DNA of 64,000 nt from positions 128,001 to 192,000 of the forward strand of contig CAVXYC010000030.1 in NCBI GenBank assembly GCA_963765765.1, written 5' to 3'. Source of the DNA: an uncultured Chloroflexia bacterium (GTDB lineage Bacteria > Chloroflexota > UBA6077 > JACCZL01). This document shows, piece after piece, positions 52,796-63,184 of the stretch (position 1 is its first letter; every line of letters begins with the position of its first letter). The notes below the pieces were generated by a model. It had not been told where the DNA came from. It did no database searches and saw only the letters and a program-made list of their open reading frames with translations. The translations under genes were made by a program, and so were the position numbers.

Positions 52796-54016
52796 TTGTT
52801 GCGCATACATCTGAACAACACGATCCGGACGCTGGTTGGGCTGTACGTACCGTCGGCGTTGGTCAGCTTCGGTCAAGGCATGCTCGCGCCTATCACCCCT
52901 ACGCTGGCGACGGCGTTCGACGTGCCGCTTGGACTTGCGGCGCAAGCGTTCGGCGCCAACCTGCTGGGTCGACTGGTGCTGATGATCCCTTCCGGCTACC
53001 TCGTGGACCGGTTTGGTCCACGGGTGGGGATGATCGTTGGTCCAATCATCATCGTCGTCTGCTCTGTCATCACGCTGTTCACGCCGACCTTCTGGTTGCT
53101 GCTCGTAGCCCAGTTTGTCGCTGGCGGCGGCGGGGGGCTCTGGCAGCTCGGAAGAGAGCTGATTGCCGTGGACCTCGTGTCCCAGCGGTCTCGAGGCCGC
53201 ATGATGAGTATGTTCATCGGGATTTCGACGGCGGGAGTCGCCATCGGACCGTTGATGGGCGGCCTGGTTAACGATGCCATTGGATACCGCGGCGTGTTCG
53301 CCGTGGCGTTGGTCATGGCGGTGCTGGTAATGCTCATCTCCTTCTCCGTTGCCAATGAGGGCAAGAAGATCGAGCGGCATCAACGCACGTCGTCGTGGGG
53401 CATCGGCGGAATCAATGAGATCGATCCGCTCTTCCGAGCCACGTATCTTGCGCTCATCTTCTGCACGCTGGCGGCAACGCTAAGGCAAACCGTCCACACG
53501 TCCATGCTCCCGCTATACGCGGGATCCCAGCTCGGCTTTTCTTCCACGGAGGTGGGCGTGCTGCTGGGCATCACGGGCTTCACCAACCTATTCGTACTTG
53601 GCGTTGCCGGTTGGGTATCAGACGAATGGGGGCGCAAAGCCGCTGTGGTGCCAGCCGCGGCCATTGGAGCCATCGCCTTCCTGCTCTTCCCGTTTTGCAC
53701 TAGCTTTACCGCGCTGGCGCTCAACTGCGCGTTGATCGGCGTGGCCAGCGGATTCGCTCTGGGTAGTATGACGATCTACACCTATGACATCGTGCCGCCG
53801 CAGGCTCGGGGTCGGCTTCAATCATTGCGCCGCGTCATCGGTCAGACCTCGGGGACAATGGGTCCCATCATTGGCGGGGTGATCGCCAGTATCACGTCGC
53901 CGAGCGTCGTCTTCTTCGTCTTCGCGCCGTTCTTGATCGCCTCGGCCCTTGTGGTCGCGTTCGTCGCGCGCGAGTCGGCCGGGAAGCATGCCGTCCCGGT
54001 GAGTCAGCCTACGTGA
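52796..54016 (+). CDS. MFS transporter
   Basis: GYLVDRFGPR and GWVSDEWGRK motif A repeats; about 12 TMs. Confidence 0.92.
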   Translation: MLRIHLNNTIRTLVGLYVPSALVSFGQGMLAPITPTLATAFDVPLGLAAQAFGANLLGRLVLMIPSGYLVDRFGPRVGMIVGPIIIVVCSVITLFTPTFWLLLVAQFVAGGGGGLWQLGRELIAVDLVSQRSRGRMMSMFIGISTAGVAIGPLMGGLVNDAIGYRGVFAVALVMAVLVMLISFSVANEGKKIERHQRTSSWGIGGINEIDPLFRATYLALIFCTLAATLRQTVHTSMLPLYAGSQLGFSSTEVGVLLGITGFTNLFVLGVAGWVSDEWGRKAAVVPAAAIGAIAFLLFPFCTSFTALALNCALIGVASGFALGSMTIYTYDIVPPQARGRLQSLRRVIGQTSGTMGPIIGGVIASITSPSVVFFVFAPFLIASALVVAFVARESAGKHAVPVSQPT

Positions 54017-54422
54017 GCGTCTCCATCGATGCTGGCGACTCATTGCAGGCCCCTCTGCGATTCAAGACTCGGAATAGCCTGACGCGAGCAAGGTGATACA
54101 ACGGCTACGCTGGCCCACTCGCACGACGTAGGCTCTGCCTCGGTGGCGGCTCGCCATTGGGCGAGCCGCTACGTGGTTTCCGCCATCTCTTCCCGAGGCT
54201 CCTCACTGCATTGAGCCGGCATCCTCCAACGGATCTGCGTGTTCGGAAGGTTTCAAGATGCGTGATTTCTCGGAAGGCCTCAGTGTGCCTTGCGCCGTAG
54301 TCTGAGCGTGGTCGGGAGATTCGCCGAACGCTAGCGGGCCAGACCATAGGCGCCCGTCGGACTCCCGACCAATCAGGCGGGGTAGTTAGTCCCATACCCC
54401 GACCACGCACGGGAGGCATCCG

Positions 54423-55342
54423 ATGTTTGAGAGAGAGCCGGCAGACACACCCGGAGCAGGAACAGCGACCTCCACTATAGAGGTACGGACGGCTTACGAC
54501 TGCGTTCGGCACGGATTGAGGACGCTGAGGCTTGCGGCCGGATTTGTTACGAAGCGTTCCAATCGATCGCCACACGGCACAACTATCCCAGCGATTTTCC
54601 GTCCACGGAGATCGCCACGGCCCTGCTCTCCGAGCTGCTCGCCCATCCGAGCTTCTACGCTGTTGTGGCGGAGCTAGACGGCCGGGTAGTCGGCAGTAAC
54701 TTCCTGGACGAGCGGTCGGCCATCGCGGGTGTCGGTCCCATCACAGTGGATCCCGCTATTCAGGATAGCGGCGTAGGTCGGAAGCTGATGCAAGCGGTCC
54801 TGGAGCGAGCCACGGAGCGACAGTTCGCCGGAGTGCGTCTGCTCCAGGCGGCCTACCACACCCGTTCACTGGCACTCTACGCGAGGTTGGGGTTTCAGGT
54901 GCGGGCGCCTATCGCATGCATGCAAGGGGCGCCCCTGGGAATCTCCATGACGGGTCGGTCTGTGCGGTCCGCCACACGAGACGACCTGGAAGTCTGTAAT
55001 CAAGTCTGTCGCACCGTCCACGGGCATGACCGCGCGGGTGAGACGTTGGACGCCATTCGGGCGGGCATAGCCACGGTGGTCGAGTACAACGGCCGTGTGA
55101 CTGGGTATGCCACCGCAATGGCGTTCCTGGGGCATGCCGTCGGTGAGACAGCTGACGATGTGAAGGCGCTGGTCGGCGCGGCACCCGCGTTCGGTGGTCC
55201 AGGAATTCTCGTTCCCGCTAACGGCCCTCTGTTCCAGTGGTGTCTCGAGCACGGGCTGCGCGTCACTCAGCTCATGACTCTGATGAGCATTGGTCTCTAC
55301 AGCGAGCCAGCCGGCTCGTACCTGCCCTCCGTGCTGTACTGA
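54423..55342 (+). CDS. GNAT family N-acetyltransferase (N-terminal frameshift)
   Basis: VGPITVDP..Q..GVGR.LM, SLALY..LGF. Confidence 0.85.
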
Positions 55343-55430
55343 GCGGCACCTCGCGTCACGATCGGGTGGCCGCGTCACACAGTGACGTGGCCGCCTCGGC
55401 CATCAGGCAACTACCAAGAAGGAGCATGAG

Positions 55431-56396
55431 ATGGATATCCGACTTCATCCAGAATCGGCAAACGTTGAAATGAGAGCTCGCTCGAGTTACCGTTGGCTGC
55501 CCCGTGTAGGGTCGGCCGTCTCAATGACAAGGCTTGTCGTAACGGGTGCGGTGGCAGTCGGGATCGCCACGCTGATCACCGCGTCCGGAAGCGTGGCTCC
55601 CGATGCGTCTGCCAGTCCCGCGCACGGCTGGCAGACCCGGCTCGGAAATGGGCAGGTGTCGAGCTTCGCCGAGTGGCAAGACACCGGCGCGCCTAGCGCC
55701 ATTGGTATCCGGTTTTCAGCCGATGCCCTGACAGGCCTGCCGGCGGTGGCATCGGATCACCATCACTGTGTGGATCGCGACGGTGATGGCGTCATCGCCC
55801 ATTCACGAGAGTGCGCCGAGACGCACGAGTATGTCATCCCCCTCCCGGAGGCCGTCAGCCAGCGGGAGGACGTCCCATTCAAGTGGGTGCTCTTGAACTG
55901 GAACCTTCAAGGTCATATGCCACCTGGAGTCTATGATGTGCCACATTTCGACGTGCACTTCTACATGGCGCCAATCGCGGATGTCTTCGCGATCCGGGCT
56001 GGCCCGTGCGGCCCAGAGCTTGTTGACTGTGACGATTTTGCCGCGGGGAAGATGGCTGTCCCGGAAGGCCTGATGCATCCAGACTTCAGCGACGTGGACG
56101 CGGTCGCACCGGCGATGGGCAACCATCTCATTGACCTGAGCGGACAGGAATTCAAGGGCGAGCCGTTCACCCGCAGCTGGATCTTCGGCGTGTACGAGGG
56201 GCGGGTCACGTTCTACGAGGAGATGGTGGCACTGGCCTACTTGCAGAGTCGCCCAGACTCGTGCGGGCCGATCAAGTCCCCACCAGCAGTGGCCGTCAGT
56301 GGCTTCTATCCGACCCAACGGTGTGTCCGCTACGACGCTGGTGCAAACGCGTACACCGTTTCGATGGAGGACTTCGTCTACCGCGCGACGAGCTAG
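55431..56396 (+). CDS. Secreted hypothetical protein (DUF5602/TTHB210-like)
   Basis: N-terminal hydrophobic segment; WN..GH.P.GVYDVPHFDVHFY and P.MGNH motifs. Confidence 0.7.
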   Translation: MDIRLHPESANVEMRARSSYRWLPRVGSAVSMTRLVVTGAVAVGIATLITASGSVAPDASASPAHGWQTRLGNGQVSSFAEWQDTGAPSAIGIRFSADALTGLPAVASDHHHCVDRDGDGVIAHSRECAETHEYVIPLPEAVSQREDVPFKWVLLNWNLQGHMPPGVYDVPHFDVHFYMAPIADVFAIRAGPCGPELVDCDDFAAGKMAVPEGLMHPDFSDVDAVAPAMGNHLIDLSGQEFKGEPFTRSWIFGVYEGRVTFYEEMVALAYLQSRPDSCGPIKSPPAVAVSGFYPTQRCVRYDAGANAYTVSMEDFVYRATS

Positions 56397-56496
56397 TTGA
56401 CGGACACGATAATCGTGCTGATTCACAGAGGGACAGGCAGAGATGCCTGTCCTGTGCTTCTCAGGAACGCGATGCCACCAGAGATCTCGCCATCAC

Positions 56497-57429
56497 TCAA
56501 TCAATTCTCAGCACGACCTTGCCAGGCACCTGGCGCTCGAGCAGGGCGCGGACGCCGGTCGCGGCATCGTGCCAGCTCACCTCCAGGCCGACTTGGGGGT
56601 CCAGCTTGCCCTCGCCAATGAGCCGCGCCAGGGTGGCCAGGTCGCGATCACCCGTAGGTTGACGCTCCAGCTCCTCGAAGAGCCAGAACTTGTAGCGTAA
56701 GTTGCGCGAGCCCAATTGGCCGGAGAGATCATTCAGATTGAAGGTCGACGGCTCGCGCGAGGAGCTGCCGAGCGACACGATTGTGCCGCCGGCGCGGAGA
56801 CGCATGATCGCAGCGGCCAGCGCCGGTCCCGCCAGCGATTCTACAACCAGATCGAAGCTCGGCCCGGTCATCTCGAGTCCCACCAGAGTCTCCGCGGCGC
56901 CCAGTCTTTCCATGCCTTCAGCGCGTTCGGGTCGGGAGACCAGGGCCGTCACGCGCGCTCCAGCAAGAGCGCCGAGCTGCACGGCAAACTGCCCGACGCC
57001 GCCGGATGCACCCGTCACGAGTACGTCCTTCCCCACAAGTAGCCCGCCCACGGCCAAGGCTTTGAGCGCGGTGAGGCCGGCTACCGGCAACGTAGACGCG
57101 TCAGCGTAACTGACATTGTCTGGGATGGGCGCCAGCCATTTTGTTGGAACGGCCGCTTGCTCGGCCCAGGCGCCGCTAAACACCAGGCCCACCACGCGCG
57201 TCCCCACGGCTGGACCGCTGCCATCGGCCGCCGCTTGAATGACGTCACCGCCAATATCCCAGCCCGGACGCCAGGATTCAGTGGCGAGCTTGGTGCGTCG
57301 CGTCTCACCGAGATTAAGCGAAGTGGCGCGCACGCGTATGAGTGCTTCATTGGGGGCGGGCGTCGGGTCCGGGGCTTCGCGAAGCTCAATGGCGTGGGCT
57401 GTGCCGGGTGCAGCATAGAGTGCCAGCAT
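56497..57429 (-). CDS. Zn-independent MDR family quinone oxidoreductase-like protein
   Basis: P.P.PNE.LIRV.A.SLN, PVAGLTA, VTGASGGVG, GKVVL. Confidence 0.9.
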   Translation of the reverse strand: MLALYAAPGTAHAIELREAPDPTPAPNEALIRVRATSLNLGETRRTKLATESWRPGWDIGGDVIQAAADGSGPAVGTRVVGLVFSGAWAEQAAVPTKWLAPIPDNVSYADASTLPVAGLTALKALAVGGLLVGKDVLVTGASGGVGQFAVQLGALAGARVTALVSRPERAEGMERLGAAETLVGLEMTGPSFDLVVESLAGPALAAAIMRLRAGGTIVSLGSSSREPSTFNLNDLSGQLGSRNLRYKFWLFEELERQPTGDRDLATLARLIGEGKLDPQVGLEVSWHDAATGVRALLERQVPGKVVLRID

Positions 57430-57558
57430 GGTGGTCCCTTCCGGATTCACTGTCTGATTGAGTTGCGATCATAGCGCGACCGACGCCCTCGCCCAGGGGC
57501 AAGTGCGGACACCCTGTGCATGTAGTGAGCGCTCCAGCCTAATTCGCGGTTGACAGAA

Positions 57559-57641
57559 AGCGAGCGGAGCGATGCGGGCTGCGATCGCTGTGAGGCTACC
57601 CGCTAATTTCCTCTGCCGAAATCCGCATCGCTCCGCTCGCT
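57559..57641. repeat. 19-bp inverted repeat element
   Basis: AGCGAGCGGAGCGATGCGG ... CCGCATCGCTCCGCTCGCT. Confidence 0.7.
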
Positions 57642-57780
57642 CAGGGAACCCTTGAAAAAGCGCTGAAGCGCTCACTGCTTGCACCGTCGAGCAACTCGAG
57701 TCTGCGGCAGTCTGCTCCTAGCCTGCGGCAGGGGCGGGGCCGGACGGGAGGTATCTGTTCAGAGTCGGAGGGATTTAGGC

Positions 57781-57953
57781 GTGGCTGAGGAGGTCACGGC
57801 AGGCGGTGTACGGGTTCTCGTCCTGAAGCAGCCAGGTGTCGACCCGCAGACGGAAGTGAAGCGAGGCGAGAAGTTCATCAACGTCCAGCACGCGAGGAAT
57901 ACCTTGACGAGACGGAGAAGACTCAGGAACTCGCCAGGCAGGTGCTGAACTAG
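57781..57953 (+). CDS. Small hypothetical protein (about 57 aa, probable frameshift near 57892)
   Basis: GGAGG SD before GTG; MAEEVTAGGVRVLVLKQPGVDPQTEVKRGEKF.. continuing as EEYLDETEKTQELARQVLN in the next frame. Confidence 0.4.
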
Positions 57954-57997
57954 GCCGCCGGTCCAAACGCAGCACTTGAAGAGTGAAAGGCCTGCGT

Positions 57998-58026
57998 TTG
58001 ACTTAGGCGAACAGCTGTTCTATTCT
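57998..58026 (+). promoter_or_regulatory. Sigma70-type promoter with embedded LexA (SOS/Cheo) box
   Basis: TTGACT(57998)-N17-TATTCT(58021); CGAACAGCTGTTCT at 58008-58021. Confidence 0.75.
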
Positions 58027-58033
58027 TCCACTC

Positions 58034-58782
58034 GTGAGCGACAACAGCACAATCGAGTGGACTGACGCTACCTGGAATCCAGTGACGGGCTGTACGCAGG
58101 TATCCCCGGGTTGCGATCACTGTTACGCCCTCACGTTCGCTGAGCGGTTTCGGGGCGTGGCGGGTCACCATTTCGAGCAAGGCTTCGATTTGAGATTGTG
58201 GGAGAGCCGTCTCAATCGGCCACTCGAGTGGAAACGCCCACGCCGTATCTTCGTGAATTCCATGTCGGACCTCTTTCACAAAGATGTGCCCGATGACTTC
58301 ATCCATAAAGTCTTCACGACGATGCAGTTGGCCGACTGGCACACTTTCCAAGTCCTCACTAAACGTAGTGACCGCCTAGCCCGTATGGCGCCGTTGCTCC
58401 CATGGCCATCAAACGTCTGGGCGGGCGTTTCCGTTGAGTCGGAACGGTTCCAGTGGAGGATCGACTATTTACGGAGCGTTCCCGCCACAGTCCGCTTCAT
58501 TAGTGCCGAACCGCTACTTGGTCCGCTTGACCGAATAAACCTTTGCGGTATCCATTGGCTCATCGCCGGTGGAGTGGCCACCATGCGAGACCATGCCAGC
58601 CCTCTTGGGTGCGCCGAATTCGAGATCAGTGTCTAGAACAGGGCGTGGCGTTCTTCCTCAAGCAGTGGGGAGGACGAACTCCTAAGGCGGGAGGGCGGGT
58701 GCTGGACGGGGAAACCTGGGATCAAATGCCAGGTCTTGTTGAAGGGAGTGCGCCCGGTGGTCGTGAATCCCTTCTTCGATGA
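58034..58782 (+). CDS. DUF5131 / phage Gp37-Gp68 family three-Cys-motif protein (frameshift near 58570)
   Basis: [55 protein letters not shown]. Confidence 0.93.
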
Positions 58783-59884
58783 GCTGTATGTCTGGTCAGA
58801 GATCAAATTGCGGATATTGGAGAAGTACTTCACTGCCTACCTTCGGAAGCGGGCCGGCTCCAATTCACGCATCTACTACATCGACGGTTTTGCCGGGACG
58901 GGAACGTTCGGTACGGGTGGGACTTCCCAGGACGGCTCGCCCGTTCGGCTTGCGAAGCTGGGGCGGTCCCTCGCTCAAGACGCTGGCCGGGCGCAGTTGG
59001 TCTGTCTAAACATCGAAGTTGATCCGCAGCATTTCGCGCTCCTACAGTCGGCTTTGAGCCCGTTTCCTCCTACGCTTGTGCAGCTTCGTGAAGGTACTTT
59101 CTCAGAGCATCAGAAGTGGACGCTTCAAGAATCGGCCCATCATCCCGCTTTGTACTTCCTCGATCCATTCGGCCCAAAGGCCATCACAATGGCACAGATG
59201 GCCCCTCTTCTCAAACGACCAGACACCGAGTTACTCCTCAATCTCAACACTCCATACCTACTACGGTTGGCCGGGTTTCGCAACAACCCTGACTCACCAG
59301 GGGCTCAGGCGAAGCTGAGGTTGCTGACCCAGGTTCTCGGTGATGAGATTCAGAATCCCGCTTGGCTCGCGAAACTCGTGGAATCTGACGAATCGCGGGA
59401 CTGGGACCATTGGGCCGCCTACCGATATGCCCAATCGCTGATAAAGAACAGCCCCTATCTGAAATATGGGGTGGTCTACCCCGTCCGTGAGACATATCGC
59501 TCCAACCCCAAATACTACCTCGTATTCGCGTCGCGTCACTTCGACGCGATCGAGATCATGAACGATCTGCTTTACACTGCGGATGATGATCTGTTCACCG
59601 CCACCGAACTGGTTCAGCGAGGCCAGGTGGCCCTATTCGCTGGGGTGGAGCATCGGACGGCGCAACAGGAAGCGTTCCGCGAGCTTATAGACGCGATCCA
59701 CCAGTTCGGATTGGCTCATCAAGGCTGTACGCGTAATGACCTCTACCATGAGTTCATCCCTCGGTTTTTTGGCGACTTCAAGAAGAAGCACTATCGGGAT
59801 GCGGTTAAAATTCTCATTGCAGAAAAGCGGGTTAGCTCAGGTAGACCTCGTCTCAACGACTCAATCCCGCTCAGCTTTCGCTAG
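58757..59884 (+). CDS. tcmP: Three-Cys-motif partner protein (SAM-methyltransferase-like fold)
   Basis: [40 protein letters not shown]; overlaps the DUF5131 stop. Confidence 0.88.
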   Translation: MVVNPFFDELYVWSEIKLRILEKYFTAYLRKRAGSNSRIYYIDGFAGTGTFGTGGTSQDGSPVRLAKLGRSLAQDAGRAQLVCLNIEVDPQHFALLQSALSPFPPTLVQLREGTFSEHQKWTLQESAHHPALYFLDPFGPKAITMAQMAPLLKRPDTELLLNLNTPYLLRLAGFRNNPDSPGAQAKLRLLTQVLGDEIQNPAWLAKLVESDESRDWDHWAAYRYAQSLIKNSPYLKYGVVYPVRETYRSNPKYYLVFASRHFDAIEIMNDLLYTADDDLFTATELVQRGQVALFAGVEHRTAQQEAFRELIDAIHQFGLAHQGCTRNDLYHEFIPRFFGDFKKKHYRDAVKILIAEKRVSSGRPRLNDSIPLSFR

Positions 59885-60112
59885 ATTCGTCGAACGCGAA
59901 GACGACCGACGCTACCGACAGCTTTGAATCGTGGAAGTGCAGCGGTAAGATTCACCATCACGAAAACCGGGTAAGTCGTAGACGACTCAACGTTGCTCAT
60001 TCTTTACTATGCCCGGGCGTGAGTGCATGCGCGAAGAGCCGGTTTGTACTTCTCCGGGTTGATCGGATATTTGAAAGAGGTGCTCCCGGCCGTGGGCCAA
60101 AGTGCTTATGCG

Positions 60113-61682
60113 CTATTGCCGCGCTATCGCCGCCTGTCCGCCGCGCAGGACGTACTTCTGGATCTTTCCCGTCGCAGTCTTGGGCAGCTCGTCGATGAAG
60201 TGGAAGGCCTGCGGCACCTTGAAGTGCGCCATGTTATCGCGGGCAAACTGGCGTAGCTCGTCTTCGGTAGCGCTGGCGCCCGCTTTCAGGACGACGAAGG
60301 CGTGGGGAGCCTCGCCCCAACGCTCGTCTGGCAGACCAACGACGCCGGCTTCCTGAACTGCGGGGTGGCGAAGTAGGACGCCCTCGACCTCCACGGATGA
60401 GATGTTCTCTCCGCCGCTAATGATCACGTCCTTGATGCGGTCGCGGATCTCGGCGTAGCCGTCCGGATGCACTACCGCGGCGTCGCCGCTGTGAAACCAG
60501 CCATCGCGGATGGCCTTCGCGGTGGCCTCCGGGTCATTGAAATAGCCTGCCATCACGACGTTGCCGCGGACGATGATCTCGCCTTGTGTCTGAGCGTCGT
60601 GTGGTACCTCGTTGCCTTCCTCGTCCACCACATGCAGCTCTCCCGAGGTGATGAGCTCCACACCCTGCCGCGCCTTGATCGTTGCTGTGGCATTTGTGTC
60701 AAGTCCCTCGTGCTCTGGGAGCGGCTCGCAAATCGTGATGAATGGCGCGGTCTCGGTGAGGCCGTAGACGTGGGTAATCGTCCAGCCAAGCTCACCCTCG
60801 ATGCGTGCGATCGTCGCTGCCGCAGGAGGCGCGCCGCAGTAAAGACGCGTAGGCCGCGTGGGGCGCCTTCGCGTAGCTCGGGCGGGCTATTGGCTACGCC
60901 AATAAGCACCGTCGGCGCCGCGCAGAACATTGTCGCGCCTTCGGTCTTGATGGTCTCGAAGATCGAGCCGGTGCCACGCGCCGCAGACAGACGTGAGTCC
61001 CACCGACCGCTGTGATGATCCACACAAAGGTCCAACCGTTAGCGTGGAACATCGGCAACGTCCAGAGGTAGCGCTCGGCGGGAGTCATGTGCACGTGGAC
61101 CATGGTGCCCACCGCGTTCATGTAGGCATTGCGGTGGGTAATCATCACGCCCTTTGGCCGCGCTGTGGTGCCGCTGGTGTAGTTGATCGTGAGCAGGTCG
61201 GACTCGGCAATCTGAGGACGATCGAATTGGCCTGAAGATTCACTGACGAGAGATTCGTAGTCCAGCCAACCCTCGCGAGAGCCTTCCAACGCCACGAAGT
61301 GCTCGACGTTCGGGATCTGCTCGCGGATGCCGTCCACGGTCTCGAGGTAATCCTCGTGCGCGCACACCACTTTCGCTCCACTGTGGCTGATGATGTACGC
61401 GAAATCGTCCGCTACCAATCGATAGTTGATCGGCACGAGCACGGCACCGATTTGCGGCACGGCGTAGAAGGACTCGAGCTGCGAATGGGTGTTCGGCGCG
61501 ATGTACGCGACACGGTCACCTTTGGTCACGCCCAACCCCTGAAGCGCGGCCGACCAGCGGTCGCACCGAGCAAAGAACTCTTCATAGGTCAGTCGCAAAT
61601 CGCCATCGATGACGCCGAGTCGGTCGCCATAGAGCGCGCGTGTGCGACGAATGAACTCGAGTGGGGTGAGCGGCGTCTCCAT
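60113..61682 (-). CDS. Acyl-CoA synthetase / AMP-binding enzyme (frameshifts 60660-61000)
   Basis: YTSGTTARPKG, YGLTE, GWFHSGD, DRIKDVIISGGENI, LPKTATGKIQK. Confidence 0.93.
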
Positions 61683-61791
61683 TGACCATGCTCCTCTAAA
61701 GATCACAAAGGATGGTTGCGGATCGTGCCGGTACCATTGCGCCCGGCTTACTCAGTGTCAAGCCATGACGCGCGAAGCAATTAGGAGAACT

Positions 61792-63009
61792 TCAGCTCAG
61801 AATCACCGGAAGATGCGTGAGCCCACGGATAATCATCCCAGGGCGCCACGCTAAATCGCTCGGGTCAGCGGCGAGGCGCATGTTTGGGAACCGCGAGATG
61901 ATGGTTCCAATGGCAATTTGCGCCTCCAACCGTGCCAGCGGCGCGCCCAGGCAATAATGGATCCCGTGGCCGAAGGCGAGGTGGTCCCGCACGTCCCGAG
62001 TGATATCGAGGTCGTCTGCCGACGTGAAATGCTCGCCGTCGCGATTGGCAGAGCCGAGGACCACTAGCGCCATCTCGCCCTTGGGAATTGTCACATTCCC
62101 GATCGTGACATCCTCGCTGGCGTACCGCTCGGTGGACGTTTCCACCGGACCGGCATAGCGGAGCAGCTCCTCCACCGCTGGCTTGATCAGCTCGGGGTCC
62201 TGTTGCACTCGCTGGAGCTCATCTGGGTGCTCTAGGAGCGCGAGCAATCCATTCCCGATGAGATTTACCGTCGTCTCATGGCCCGCGATAAGCAGAAGGA
62301 AGATCATGGCGAACATCTCTTCCTCTGAAAGTCGATCGCCAGCCTCCTCAGCGCGCAGCAAGCCACTGATGAGATCCGCACGCGGATTGCGCCGACGCTC
62401 CTCAAAAAGCGCTCGAAGATAGTCCGCGAACGCTTCCATATGAGGAGCGATCTGCTCCGCCGCCTCGAAACTAAAGTCGCCGGAGACCGCCGCGTTGGAC
62501 CAGGTTCGAAATTTTTCTCGATCTTCTGCCGGGACGCCCAGAAGCTCGGCAATCACGGTGATTGGAATCGGGAACGCGTAGTCGTCGATGAGGTCCATCT
62601 CGCCGCGGGCGCTGGCCGTGTCTAGTAAACCGTCCGCGAGCTGCTGAATGCGAGGGCGCAGGTTTTCGATAAGCCGAGGTGTGAATGCCTTACTCACAAG
62701 CGCGCGTAAGCGCGTGTGATTTGGCGGGTCCTGGTCCAGCATGTTGGCAATGAATATGGCGAACGCTGGTGGGAGAGGCGGCAGCTCGGCACGCTCATCC
62801 GGAGTCAGTTGGGCCCGCCAGTTCTTGATGAAGCGTGGATCTCGGAGCACCGCCAACACGTCGTCGTATCGCGTAACAAGCCAGTAGCCTCGGCCATCGG
62901 ACTGGACATGACGGGAGATTGGCTCGTCCGCCCGCAACCGAGCGTAGTAGGGGAACGGATTGGCCTTAAAGGCCGGGTTGAAGGGCTGGTAGTCGTCGAT
63001 GTGTTCCAT
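61792..63009 (-). CDS. Cytochrome P450 (CYP107-like)
   Basis: DPP.HTRLR, AGHETT, EELLR, HLAFGHGIHYCLG. Confidence 0.96.
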   Translation of the reverse strand: MEHIDDYQPFNPAFKANPFPYYARLRADEPISRHVQSDGRGYWLVTRYDDVLAVLRDPRFIKNWRAQLTPDERAELPPLPPAFAIFIANMLDQDPPNHTRLRALVSKAFTPRLIENLRPRIQQLADGLLDTASARGEMDLIDDYAFPIPITVIAELLGVPAEDREKFRTWSNAAVSGDFSFEAAEQIAPHMEAFADYLRALFEERRRNPRADLISGLLRAEEAGDRLSEEEMFAMIFLLLIAGHETTVNLIGNGLLALLEHPDELQRVQQDPELIKPAVEELLRYAGPVETSTERYASEDVTIGNVTIPKGEMALVVLGSANRDGEHFTSADDLDITRDVRDHLAFGHGIHYCLGAPLARLEAQIAIGTIISRFPNMRLAADPSDLAWRPGMIIRGLTHLPVILS

Positions 63010-63184
63010 TGCAATCCCGGGCGGTCAATCCGACATCAGAGAGGCCGCTAAGGATAGTGTAATGCCCATTCCCGGGCGGGGTCCGAAACTATGCCCGCCG
63101 GCGACGCCTATATCGTTGACGCTCTTCGAGGGCGGTGCTATCGTCCGGCCACTTGACCAGAATGGCAAAAGGGGAATCGAGAGC

